Source: Adineta vaga (taxonomy: Eukaryota; Animalia; Rotifera). Taken from it: a stretch of DNA of 64,000 nt. Every line of letters starts with the position of its first letter. Position 1 is the first letter of the stretch. This document shows, in pieces, positions 47,824 to 61,076 of the stretch. The DNA lies in the NCBI GenBank assembly GCA_021613535.1, contig CP075494.1:4030001-4094000 (forward strand), written 5' to 3'. The notes under the pieces are model-generated. The model saw only the letters and a list, made by a program, of their open reading frames with translations. It was not told the origin of the DNA and did no database searches. The translations under genes and the position numbers were made by a program.

Positions 47824-50623
47824 TTATTGAACATTGTACTTAAAAAGTCCATCATAACTATTCGTCTGACCATACTTCGCATAAACTTCCACGTCTTTTG
47901 AACCTACTGTCACTCGAGTTTTAAAAATAGGATCCTTATAGCCTTCACTTTTGTTCCAGTTAGAATCTGTCGTCACGTCAACATCTGTTGCACCAGGAAT
48001 TATGCAGTGTATCAACACAACAGAACCACGCTCGAGCGTGCCATTCATAGGCTCAATAAGACGACATTTATTTGTATGAAATTTACTGTATGTCTTCGGA
48101 AATTTAATGCAACGCTTGAGTTGTGAAACATTGAGATGGAATTCGGCAACCGAACTTGACGTTGAATCAGCATTGCTCTCACGTCTACCATAGACATATA
48201 ATGAGTGAAGACCAGTACGCTGAGGTGCAAATAGTAACTGCCAATTATGCCGATCACTGTCAAACTGTGATAATGTTCCATTTTCCACTTTAATATCCTT
48301 GTATTTAATGTTACATGATAGATAGACATCATTAGGAGCTCTCATACGAATTTCGATGTAAGATGCATTGTCTGGCCACGCCAGTGTAGCGCGATTATAC
48401 GGAGTTTCGATTTCAAGATCAAGATCGTGAAAAAGTTGCCACGTTTTTGGATACGACAAAGGCGTTGAGGAAATTTTCCTTGCTTCAACATTATACCTAC
48501 ATACACCTGTGTATCTACCAGAATCTGATTTTCTTTTGGCTAGAATCGTAGCTTTGAATGTGCCATTTTGATTAGGTGCGAATAAACACCGCCATACTCT
48601 GTGATGTCGATCAAAGAACACTCTGTCTCCGCCAAAGATCTCTTCATCCTGGCTATTATTCAGAGTACCCATCAGTACAACATCTGCTGGTGCTCGAACA
48701 AGAATTTCTGTATGAGTCGTTCCATTGTCGATTTTGATCGTATTGTTCTTATGAGAAGAAACAATCCGTAGGCCTAATTCGTCGAAGGCTGCCCATGTTT
48801 TGGGAGGATCATTGGTTTCACTATGTTGAGTCTGCTCGAAGTTTGTTAGTGATACATCTTCATCTTCATACGATGATGATATTTTGCCTTTGAGCATCGG
48901 TTTCTGCTTGCCTACAATGTTGAAAGACGATGAAAAGAAAGGTTAAATAAGAATACGCATAAGATTCTATATCCTCGCTTGACACTGTCTACAGTTGCCT
49001 TAACACTCTTATTTTAATTAAACACTGACTTATCCTTCTCAGTTTTATTATGTTTTTCTTTTTAGTTCGATTGTGCTGAATTCTTTATCATCTTTGAAAA
49101 AAAAGGTACCTTAATAGAAAAAGAACTTACTTGCAGATGTAGGTGCTTTACCATTTCGAGATTTAGCAGATAAAGCGAGATGCTGCTTTAGTTCAACGGC
49201 TTTTTTATGCCACTCTAGACTCTTATCTAGATCCTGTCTATTTGCTGCAAGTTTGCCCAGATCTTTATATAAACTAATACGTAAAGGATCATTTGGTACA
49301 AGTTCATTTAAGAAACGAATAAAATATTTTTCAGCCAAGTCAACTTGTCCCATTTCCTGTAGTATTTTTCCTAATGTCTGAAGATTGACTTTTTCATCCA
49401 TTATTCCTTCTTTCATAGATAAGAACACTTGTTTTAATTCATTTTCAACTTCATTACGAAATGTCATATGAATAATCCATATATCTTCATCATTATGATA
49501 ATCAATTTTATCGAGACAAAAGATTGAATCCAACATAAAGAGAATTTCTGCTTCATCAGGGAATACGCTATATTTGCTGATATCAGCAAATGGTCTGGTG
49601 GTGGCCGTTTTTGGATCAGCATAGATCTTGAAAAGAATTCTTTTCAAATCGTCCGATTCACGAAGGAATAAAAGAGCTTTCTTCGGATCGGTGCTTGCTG
49701 AGAAAAAGGAATTAATCGAAATATATTTGTTAACACTGTTTCTTAAACTTTGTAGTTCATCATTTGATATCATTTGACCTCGATAAACTGTAAGAGGACG
49801 CTTTGATTGATGCCCTTTAAGTTGTTGATAAATATCGACAATAAATGAACGAAATAAAATTAATATAAGAATATTTCGATTTCGTAATGCACCGTTAAGA
49901 ACTTTGTAAAAGAATGATTCATTTGTATACCATCGTAAAACTTTCTCGGGCGAATAATCTTGTTGGAAATCACGAAGATTACTCAGTTCTGAAAGATTTC
50001 CTTTATATTCAACTTCGCAAATACTAATAAGTTCAGCGATATCTATCTTAGTCGATTCAAGTTGTAAAAGACAATCGATGAGAATTCGATTAAAAATAAA
50101 TTCTCCATTCAATCCTGTTGTAGATTTGCCGCCGGTTGTAGAAAAAGTAGTATATGATAATGGTTCTTCAACTTTTTTCAGTGTTGCATGATCACCTGTT
50201 ACACAATTGACAAGTTCATCAAGTTGCACAACAACAGCCTTTACCTATGTCGTAGAATAGTCAAAGGTGATTGAAAATTCATTTCAATAAATTTACTTTT
50301 GAATACTTAGACGACCATTGCTTATTTCTTTCTCTGTCCATACAATAAATATAGATTGACACAACTTGTCGATGTGTATGTATTGCAGGTACTAATTCTC
50401 TTCCAAGTTGTCCACTAACAATAATGATAAAACGATCATTTTTTTCTGCTCTTTTGATATATTGTTGACATTGATCAATATCTTGAAATTTCTTCAAATA
50501 GTTTATTGTAGAACGTAATTTTTGTTCTGTATCTCGAGTTTCTTTTGAATTTGCATCGAGCCAGAGTATGCAGAATGTTTCAAGATGTTTATCATTGCTG
50601 CTTGATAACGTAGCAGTAGCCAT
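47824..50623 (-). CDS. Receiver-like/ART/TPR protein fused to KY-peptidase-type Ig-like repeats, 842 aa
   Basis: Exons 50623-50297, 50244-49131 and 48911-47824 are in frame (2529 nt); ART motifs VYRGQ, FSAS, DEAE; the C-terminal third aligns with the non-catalytic repeats of 20800-23037. Confidence 0.8.
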
Positions 50624-51815
50624 ATGTGATACAGACTGATGGTTTTTAATAAGTTCTCAAATATGATCTATTTACTTTCTAAATATTAGATGCAAACATA
50701 TTATACCAGAAAACTATAAAGGATCGTATTTATTGGAGTTTGAATGGATTGATGACGTAATTGTCAAGAAATTTTTTCACTCCAATCGTTAGCTCACTTT
50801 CTGTCAATTCTGTATCTCTCGAATCTCTTAATAAAATCTCTCACATAGACCTAGCATATGTCGTGTATTAGCTTTAGGACTTACGGTTGTTCAAAGTCGA
50901 ATATATCAGGCAAATAAAAAGACTATGTCGTTGCTACTTAGAATATTTTGATGTGATTTTGTCGCCAAACGAATCTTTAGTTGTTCTTTTCAAATAATAG
51001 TTTTACTTTTACTTTTTTTTTTCAATTTGTCTGCGTTTGATTTCATTTCATTCGCTAAAAAAACGGCAGAAAGAATAAAAAATCGATAGTTGTGAAGAAG
51101 AAAAAAAATTGTCGACTAATCAAAAAACTTTTTTCTTAGCTGCATAGTAAGCCATAAACAAGAAGAACAACAACAAAATATGATTTTGTTTTATCAATAA
51201 AAATCATACACGATATGTTACAAAACATAAAAATAGAAGTGAATGGCAAAAGCTCTGATTCATTTTCTATTCTATACACTTAAAAAATAAAAGAATATGA
51301 GAATGAATCATCTTAGACGTATAAATTGCTGTTAAGTTTTGTGAGGAATCGGAAAGATAATAGCCCATGGAAGAACTGAGCACATCTCATTGTAAGATTG
51401 TACGGCCTTCATAGTCTGCACTCATCATCGATTTTAGTTTAGAGTAAAATCTCTCTCATACAGGCACCGTCAGTATCTAGGAATAGTGCTCACTATGTAG
51501 AGACTATAATTTCTAACAAAAATCGCTCGCAGGGACTTTTCATTATAGTAAGGTTTCATAAATACAGATTTTACTGTAATTTCATTTTCTAAAACATCCC
51601 TTCATGAGATAGCATTGACTGATGCATCGCAGATTTTAGTGATCGAGAGACTCGTGTATTTATTTACGAGTCACATGATGATTCAAACATTCACATACCT
51701 ATTAGATCATTGTGTTACTCTTCCACGGACTTTCTAACTTTCTGACCGTAATTTATAAGTGAAAACTGATTTCAGAGTTAGTATTTCGTTCGAAATTTAT
51801 TTGACAATAAAAGAA

Positions 51816-53023
51816 TCATTGAACGCTGTACATGAAAAGCCCATCAAAACTTGTCTTCTGATCATATCTGGCATAAATTTTAAGGTCTGTTGAACCAATC
51901 GTTACTCGAGTTTTAAAAATAGGATTTTTTTAACCTTCACTTCTATTCTAGTTAGAATCTGTCGTCATATCGATATCTATTGCACCAGGAACTGTGCAGT
52001 GTATCAGCACAACAGAACCACGCTCGAGCGTGCCATTCATAGGCTCAATGAGACGACATTTATTTGTATGAAATTTATTGTATGTCATTGGAAAAGTCAT
52101 TGATAGTTTAAGTTGTGTAGCATCGAGATGAAATTGAGCAACCGAACTTGCCGTAGTGCTGGTTTCTTGTTCACGTCCAGCATAGACATATAATGAGTGA
52201 AGACCAGTACGCTGAGGTGTAAACAGTCACTGCCAATCATGCCAATCACGGTCAAACTGTTCTTATCAGACGAAACAATTTTCAAACCGAATTCGTCGAA
52301 GGCTGGCAATGTTTTTAAAGCATCATTGGTGCCACTTTTTTGCGTATTCTCGATATCTGTGTCCGTTGCCTTAGACAGTTTAGGTTGAACAATTTTTATA
52401 TCGGATGTTTTTTCTGAGAAGGATGTGACTGTATCGTTTGGTGGTGGTTTTGAAATGTCCACAGTTTTCGACCATGATGAAGATATAGACCCTTCCACCA
52501 ATGAAAGAGGCGGTTCACCTTCTTGAAAATGAGTAATAATTATATGTTTCATTGAGAAAATCTTCTCTTTCATTATGGGCGCGCATAAGACGCTGTAAAC
52601 TTTGATGATCACAGCTACATCTACATTCTTTCCTAACAAAAACTAGCCAGTCGTTCTCTGTTATACATGATCTATGATATAGCACGTTAATACACGCGAA
52701 AGGTACACATTATAATGTTCTCATATGCGAGTTAAATACAACTGTACTCAGTTAACACGTTTCCCAAAAGCCTTACTGTCATATTTTTGAAAACAGCATA
52801 TGATCATTTCATTTGATCTTTTTTCCAATAAAACAATCATTTTCTCTGCTCTTTTGATATATTGTTGACATTGATCGATATCTTGAAATTTCTTCAAATA
52901 ATTTATTGTAGAACGTAACTTTTGTTCTGTGTCCAGACCTTCGTTTGGATTTGCGTCGAGCCAAAGAAGACAAAATATTGGAAGACGTTTATCATCGCTG
53001 TTTAGTGACACAACAGTAGCCAT
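51816..53023 (-). pseudogene. Decayed tandem duplicate of the ART-Ig fusion gene (ART/TPR deleted)
   Basis: N-domain near-identical to 50623 (TEQKLRSTINYLKKFQDIDQCQQYIKRAEK) followed by a frameshift; 3' Ig fragment (KCRLIEPMNGTLERGSVVLIHC) carries stops; upstream DNA is also homologous. Confidence 0.85.
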
Positions 53024-53789
53024 TTTGATAGTTTATGATAAGTTCTCAAATACTATTTGTTTACTTTCTAAATATTAGATGCAAACATATTACTATATGG
53101 TATCGTACTTATTATGCGTGTTCGAGAGTTTGAAACGACTACCGACGTAATCATCATGATATTTTTTCACAGCAATCGTTTATAGGTCACATCTCTCGGA
53201 ACTCATAATAAAATCTCTAAATCAGAACTAGTATTTATCTTCTACGATTTTTACAACTTACGATTGTTCAATATCAAATAAATTCGAAGATTATACCGTT
53301 TGTTATTTAGAATGTTTTGATCAAACGGATATTCAGATGTTGTTCTTTAGAATAATAGTTTTAACCTCTTCTGTTATTGTAAATTTTTTTCGAATTTCAT
53401 TTTAGTTACTATAACACACAGAAGAAGCAGTAAATAATCGGATGTTGTAAATGCGCAAAAAATGTTCTCAACTAGAGAAATCATTTGCAAAACACATCAA
53501 AACATCAAAATATACGTGAATGACAAAAGTTCAGATTTTGTTTTTTATTTACATGCATTTCAACGTATGGAATAATATGCGAATAAATCACTTTATATGT
53601 ATAGATTTTTATTGAATTTCATAAGCAATCGAAAAGATGGTAGATCCTGAAAGTACTAGACGCATTTCAATATAAAATAGATCAAACTTCAGCAACAAAG
53701 GGTGTAGATGTGGAATCAATACACTATCCATACATACACTTTCATCTTCATATTTTACGTTCATCATCGATTTCAGTATAGTTTCAAAT

Positions 53790-54860
53790 AAAACTGTTTA
53801 TTTTATTCTATTTTGCCGATCACACTCACATAAATAAGACTTATAAGCATAATGACAATTATACGAGTCATAGCGGCAGTATGCGTGAGAGCCTCCCGCA
53901 TAATAATTGCATGTTCCATTAGGGTGTCGAGTCCAATTTATTTGACTAACTATATTATTACATGTATTATCACGCTGGTAACGCTTGTAATCATCGTGCA
54001 AATCACCATCATAAACCCAATCTATACACTTGTGACATCGTGGACAAGCATTACCACCACATTGTGCGACTTTTCTTCTATTAGATATTGGTATATCTTC
54101 TTCTAAATAAAAAATACAATATTTTGTGTTATTTCGAATTGTCAGATCTTTTTGCTTCTACGACATATCAAAGATACGAATCACTAAGGTCTTTGACATG
54201 AATGTAATCCTCATAATAGCACAAAGTGCATTATATGATAAATTTACTATACCTTCTCGATTGATTGGCGTCTGTCTTGAGCTACCAAAGTTGAGATTTA
54301 TCGCAACTCTTGTTGTCGTCATTTTTTATTTGAAATCGAAAATAAAAAATACCAAGTACGTGCAGGAAAGACAAACAAATCTAAAAATGCAAAAACATCA
54401 ATCTTTCTTAACGACAATGTATGTTTTTATGTTTAGAATAAAAAGTGACTGCTTTGTATATTTCCTTCTAAAAATATTGATGGAGATTGTAGTGCGAGAC
54501 GCCATTCGCGATAACAAATGTAATTCTTGTGTAAGATATTTTTTGTCTAATAACAATTCAGTTGCATTGGATTTAATTCATACACAAACCAGAATTTTGT
54601 TTGCTGACAACAACAATGAAAGAAGCTAAATCAACAGAACGCAAGTGAAACCAAATAAAGAGCAATGATTGCTATCGACATAAATATTTTTGCCTTTTCT
54701 TCCTGCAAATCTATGCAAAGAACTCGCAATCACACAATTACGTTACAGTTTTTACTAAATCGGAAAGAAAAGAAATTCTGAAGCACACACAACACAAGAG
54801 GAAAATAAAGTATTTGCATCATCAAAACATGGATGAGAAAGTTTCGAGGTTTAGAAGCAG
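53790..54860 (-). repeat. Right arm of the diverged inverted duplication
   Basis: Reverse complement matches blocks at 46190-47370. Confidence 0.75.
53798..54322 (-). CDS. Small Cys/His-rich putative zinc-binding protein, 124 aa (paralog of 46712-47364)
   Basis: Exons 54322-54253 and 54102-53798; CGGNACPRCHKCIDW...WTRHPNGTCNY...CECD; phase-1 intron at the same position as in the paralog. Confidence 0.75.
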
Positions 54861-56595
54861 AAATCTTACTCAGATTAAAATATAGCATATGATTAGAATG
54901 AACACATTTAGAATTAATCTCAACTTGAAATTCTCGAATACACATTAATTTATAATTGTTCTTGTCAATCAATTTTAACATGTCCATTATAACAATCATT
55001 TGCTGATTTTTCTGGCCAATCGTGTCATAACTGTGCAGGAGTTTTCTATTCATTACGATTAGTTTTTCGATGAACGATGTTTGTAATTCACAGACCAAGT
55101 GTCAATAATCTCCTCTCCGTAGTGAGAGCTTGTAATATGACGTGGATACGGAAATTAACTCAGTCTACTAATCGAAATAAAAGAAAATTTTCTTTTATTT
55201 CTTTGTCGAGCAATATTTCAAATATGTCATATATGCCATTTAGATTAACCAAAGAAAGTCTAAATTTTGATTCATTTAACTGTTGTTGTAATAGAACAAT
55301 AATGGAAAATGCATAGCTATGAATTAAGCTTTTTGTCAGAAGGATTTTGATTGAGCAATATACGAATATTCTAAAATGACTGGGATTGATCAAAATGAAC
55401 ATGTTCAGAAATAAATTACTTGTGAATGATGATTATGACTGTGTATTTGAAATATTATCTTCTGCTTGATTCTTCACAACTGAGAGTGATAATTACTGTT
55501 ATCTTCTGTTTCTATGTTTGTTGATATCCGATCATCTACTTTTGATGTGCATAGATAAATAACAGTACTATTTCTATACAATGATTCATATTTATTTACA
55601 TAATCAGTGAATCTTAGAAATGCTTTCACATCGATAGATTGACTTTTTTTCTGTTGATAATTTGGCATACTCTACTATAAGTTTCACGTGCTTGTTTCTC
55701 ATATTCTATGTTTCAATAAACACGTTCAATAATGTTGTTAATCAGAAGTAAGAGGATGAGATGCAGAGGTCGAATAACACATACAAATTGATATTCATTC
55801 TCTACTTTTCATCCATATTCATCTCGTATACAATTCAGCAAACATTTTAATTAAAACTATGGTAATACTATCCTAAAATCATATTATTTTAACGTTTTAC
55901 GCATGTTTATTAGGTAAACTGGTTTGTCATACATTAGATGAAAAAGAAAATACAAATGCTAAAGGAGAGTATAACAGCTCATTTAACTGCGTTGATCATC
56001 ATTGCTAGGATATTTGCATCATTTTCCCTAATTAAATGTGCTTGACGTGTAATGAGCAGCAGGAACAATTTGTAGTATACGACCGGCAGTTCTAGAAGAA
56101 AGTTTAGCGATAACTGCGGGTCCAGCGCAATTTGTACATGTTGCCACTGTCATAGTATCATTCTTAGGTGTGCCTAATACGCTATAGCTTACTGTAACAG
56201 AAGTAATAAAAGTAGTTGATAGACCATTCTAGATAGGCTGACCACTATTAACCGAGATAAATGACATAGGCCAATTTTCCAAATGTATTTCGAAACTAAA
56301 ACAATAAGAATCAACTGTAGTAAAGAAATTTATTGATAAATTCAGTTACAATTCATATTTATTCGGTTTTAAACTACACATATTCAAAGATTTTTTTTGC
56401 TCTCTCTCTTTTTCAAAGTTACAATAAGTGAACTTATTATAAAATAGTTTTCACATCCATGATCTACTTACTGAATTTATTAGCAGTTCTATTTTGTTGT
56501 TATATTTCTTTCTTTTCCAAAGAATGATTTATTACCTGAAAATATTTCACCATTGATAGATGGGAATAGGAAAAAAAAGACTACAAATAATTCAT

Positions 56596-56638
56596 GTCGT
56601 TGTAATCTAATGGTCAGGATCTGGCGTTGCCAACGTCA
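56596..56638 (+). pseudogene. tRNA 5'-half fragment, anticodon GCC (Gly)
   Basis: A-box/D-arm TAATCTAATGGTCAGGAT; anticodon stem tggcg/cgtca with loop TTGCCAA; no T-arm; followed by T8. Confidence 0.55.
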
Positions 56639-57187
56639 ACAACTTTTTTTTCATTTGACGAATACAAATTTCATCATTCTTTCATCTTGTTGTATTATTT
56701 GTTTGAAGATTTGATTTTGAAGGAACATTTTTAAGAATTTATTAACTGAGAATTATAATTATAATTCAAACAAAAGAATGAAAAGCCTCTCAGTGTGTTT
56801 TTAGATCGAGTTTATTGAAAACGTATGTCAAAGAAAGTAGGCTATGAAATCATTTTAATTAACATTATTTTTTTCTCTTTGTACCGTCTCATAATCCCCG
56901 GAATACATACGATGATGACGTTTATTTTCAGATCATATAATGATGGATAAACATAGTTTCAAGAAAATGAAATAAAAAGCAATAACTACATGACAATATT
57001 TTATTATTTACGTCGAGATTTTGTATATGCCTATTTATATAAGTTCTTTTATCTTACGGGTATCAACCGTGAAAAGGATATCTGCACTCTTTTTATCTAC
57101 GTCATTTCGATCGAGAACATTAATTCTTCGGGATTGAAGAAAAAAATTATACTAATAGAAGTATCATGCCAACTAATTCATTTAATA

Positions 57188-58223
57188 ATGTCACTGACAA
57201 TCGTAGACTTCTGTATACAGTATTCTCTTTATATTGGTTATATAACATTTATTGCTGGAACAGTTGGTAATGTTCTGAATATTCTTGTTTTTACTCAGTT
57301 GAAACTCTTTCGAGATAATCGAGCAGCTTTCTATTTAACTGTTGAATCGATTTCAAATTTATTGTTTCAATTTATTTCAATTAGTGTAACTATTTTAATA
57401 TCAATTTACGGAGATGATGCAACAGGAAGAAATCTTATTTGGTGTCGATTTCGATTTTTCTCAACTCAAACAGTTACACTAATGACATGTTATACAATTT
57501 GCATTGTTGCTTGTGATCAATTCTTTTCAACAAATTATCGTTTCAGAGAATTATGTACAATTCGATTGGCTCGATATCTTCTATTTACATCTGCATGTCT
57601 TTGGTTTATTCATAGTATTATTTTTTGCATATTTCTCGAAATTCAACCAACTGTTGGATGTATTATATTAAATTCTATCTGGCTTCGATATTCATCATAC
57701 TTCTTCTATCCAATTTTAATCGGGTTTTTACCTATTATAATCGCTTCATTATTCAATTGTTTGGCTTTTCGAAATGTTCGTCGTATAATTCGTCGTCAAT
57801 TACCTATTGCTCGACGTCGATTAGATCAACAAATGACAGCAATGGTACTTACACGTGTTGTAATATTTGTTTGTTTTTTATTACCATACATTATTTATCG
57901 TATTTATGCGATCAATGTTCCTGTTGCACAAAATAAATCCTTAGAATATTCAATAAGACAAGTAATTCAAACTTTATTTGTATCTTTATCTTCTGTGAAC
58001 TTCACGGTAAATGTTTAGATTTTATTGATAAAAAATATTTTTATTTTGTTTCTAGATTACTTTCTATATCTTTATATTAATATCACCGCGATATCGTCGT
58101 CAAGTTAAATTTGTTTTGGTCAAAAGATATTGGCGAACATTGAAATCTTACTGTTGTGGAAGAGGAAATCAAATTACACCTGAGATTATAAACACAATCG
58201 ACTCAAATATAGAACTTGAATAA
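57188..58223 (+). CDS. Orphan rhodopsin-like 7TM GPCR (2 exons), paralog of 9518-10540
   Basis: GNVLNILVF, WCRFR, ACDQF; intron 58007-58055; last exon FYIFILISPRYRRQ. Confidence 0.9.
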
Positions 58224-58311
58224 ATTATATCTTTATCTTTCAAGAACACTTTATTTTTTATTTATAGTTATGTAACTATTTCATAATACAAATGAAAAGA
58301 GAAGAGAAACA

Positions 58312-58335
58312 AATAATAATAATAATAATAATAAT
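58312..58335 (+). repeat. (AAT)8 microsatellite
   Basis: Direct observation. Confidence 0.9.
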
Positions 58336-58519
58336 AGCGAGAGATGACAATATAACGATATCACCATGGCAAAATTGTTTTTTTTTCTACAACATATACA
58401 ACACCGATGTTTTTGTTAATCATTGATGAAACAATTCGAGTAATTCGCGTGATAATTTAGCTGAAAGCACGATGTTCTTTTTTTCAAGTAAAAGGAAAAT
58501 AAATCTTTTTTAAAAATAG

Positions 58520-59850
58520 TATGTATCATATTGATTCAACCGCCAGCATTCCGTCATAGTGAACTTAATTTATTTACGATGAATGTTTGTGTAATAAGTG
58601 CATGGATATGTATTTTTATGTTAGTACTGAGTATTCAACAACTTTTTAATGTACATGATTTGCTGTCGTGTCACTTTCAAGCATTTATGGCGAATTTATT
58701 GATTATTATGAAAATTATTCATCTTTACATGACATTATTCTTGATTTTTATCAAACTCATCCATATGATCCGATCGATTTCACTTGTTATATATATTTAG
58801 AATGTGATCGTGATCCGTTGCCTTCGCGTCCAGATTGAACGGAAATTTGTATTGGAAAAATTGATTGTCTTAATAGTGACATTGATGAAAAATATTGTTG
58901 GCAAATCCATAACAATCAATTCTATGGTTATGTCCATATGAAGATGATGAAATTTTTCCAATAAATATCAGTGGACAAAATCATACTATGATGAAAAAGA
59001 ATGTGAAACATATGGTCATGTATTAATATATACTCATTGTAATTATTTATGGAATTGTTCGAATGAAGTCGATGAAGTGAATTGATATGTTTACCTGTTG
59101 GCAAAGCAAATGATGGTATGGTGGACTGCCTATCGATTGGTACAGCTTATGTAATCATAGATTTGATTGTCGCCCAATCAAGATAACGAGTAATTTTGTA
59201 TGAAAAATCGAATATATCCTCAATATATTACTCCTTGTGATTTTTCATTCGATTTTCTTTGATCTGATGCCGAATTATTTATTTGTGAATACTTACATAG
59301 ATAGAACAAAGATACATTATCACATTTTTCATTGAATGAAATCAATCAATCGATAATTATCAATATGAATCTCATGGTTAATGACATACGTGTTAGATTT
59401 GATAATGAAATGTAACAATGGACTTATTTAGTAATTTGAGATTGTCAAGTTAAATTTAATACAGATTTACTTTATTCAACATGACCTAAAAGTCTAACAA
59501 GAAATTATTCAATAGATATTGATATTTATGAGAAAAAATCATTAACTTATCTAGGATAAGTTTATTATTTTCAATTCTATATCCATTTTTACCTGTTTAT
59601 CGTTTCACAACAATCACTTATATTCAATGTAAAATGAATAAAATACAAACATGTATCGATGCATAATGTCATCATGGTCAATGTAAAGAAGGATGGCCTG
59701 AACGTTATTGTACAATTCAACATACTTGTCAATACTCATCTATAATTCGTTATGTATCGGTATTACAGCTAAAAATCGATTGATCTGTATTTGTTCTATT
59801 GATATATTTGGTCCTTGATGTTTTCTTCATGATAACATCTGCCAATTATT
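58520..59850 (+). pseudogene. Heavily decayed LDLa/EGF (GRL101-like) gene
   Basis: EICIGKIDCLNSDIDEKYC, CNYLWNCSNEVDE, ANDGMVDCL, CHHGQC and LICICSIDIFGP fragments with numerous stops. Confidence 0.7.
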
Positions 59851-60278
59851 TCCTGATAGATCATTCTCATCATCGAATTCGACCGAGATATTGATGAGAC
59901 TGAACTGTGCAGAAATTTCCACAATGATCCGCCTCTTCTTTCGAAACTTATTGTGTAAGCGGCTGGAAAGACTGATCGGCTCTAGTATAGTGTACTCACT
60001 TTTCGGGTACACTAAAAAACGATCTTAACTGTTTATTGATGACAGTTTACAATTCATTTAAAATTTATATGGAAAATAGTGCATTTCCCTTAAACAAACA
60101 TAAATTTAGTTTTTACTGTTTCTCTTCTCCTCAATTCATTTGTAAAAGGAAAGAAAATTAAAAAAAAGTTTCACTCAACTTTTTTTCTCAATTTGAATTA
60201 TTAAAACAATTTCTGATAAAAAATCGCGCATATTTTATTCCATTCATTGATTGATTGATCAGAAACCTTCATTCTCAA

Positions 60279-61076
60279 ATGTTTTTCTATTATTTAACGA
60301 TTATTTTTGCACTTATTTTCATAACTTGGATAGAAACAATACGAATTGGTTCTATTCATGGTATGGCTTTATCGTCATCTACTATCTCGCTTATATCAAT
60401 GAATAAATCATGTCATGAATGTATTTGTACAATGATTCAATCACAAAATATATTGGGTATTAGTTGTTCTTATAACAGAACTTGTCTAATTTTTACTAAT
60501 TATTCATCATTGTATATTTTGAACAATGCTTCAAACTCGACTTTTCATTTTCTTGTTTTTCCTCCTGAATCAGAGTTTACAACTTATCAATCGACCAATG
60601 GAATTCAGATGAGTACGTTTTCTAGATTTGAGTTTTTTAACGAAAAGAAGAATTTTTTGCTTCATTTTAGCAACAACTCAAATTGCTTCAACATCAAGTA
60701 TGCTTTTTTATTTTTAACAAAAATTTAGCCATATGAAAGAATTTGAGTATTTTGATCGCATTCAGAATTCAGTGGTTACTTCAAAAACGTATCTTTTCGT
60801 ATAAATTGATTGCATTTTGTAGATAATATATGGAGCTGTTCAAACATGACGGTTTTACACGATATCGATACACCTGGTCAAGATATAACGAGCTACCAAC
60901 CAAAGAACTACACAGAATGTTGTAGTTGGTGTTTATCTACATTAGATTGTGTTGGATTTGTATGGGGTTGGCCAAATAATTCATTTTCGGGACATCAATC
61001 TCGCTGTTGGTTAAAAAGAAATATAACTTCTCCTTCCTATAATCCAGCATACACGAGTACACATTTCGCATTCTAA
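60279..61076 (+). CDS. Secreted protein: PAN-like Cys module, Thr linker, PAN/apple domain
   Basis: Exons 60279-60612, 60671-60697 and 60822-61076 (phase-1 introns); CHECIC...SC...TCLIF; DTPGQDI...ECCSWC....CVGFVW...CWLK. Confidence 0.75.

Noticed and set aside
54126-54629. 167-aa + strand ORF and many other short ORFs with TTG/GTG starts
   Set aside because: They overlap real genes or promoters on the opposite strand and have low-complexity AT-driven composition; likely spurious.
54870-55680. Several minus-strand ORFs with protein-like composition
   Set aside because: No recognisable motifs or consistent splice model; may be a decayed gene but cannot be supported.
55960-56270. Cys-containing minus-strand fragments (TCTNCAG, NCSCC)
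   Set aside because: Interrupted by stops and too short to assign.
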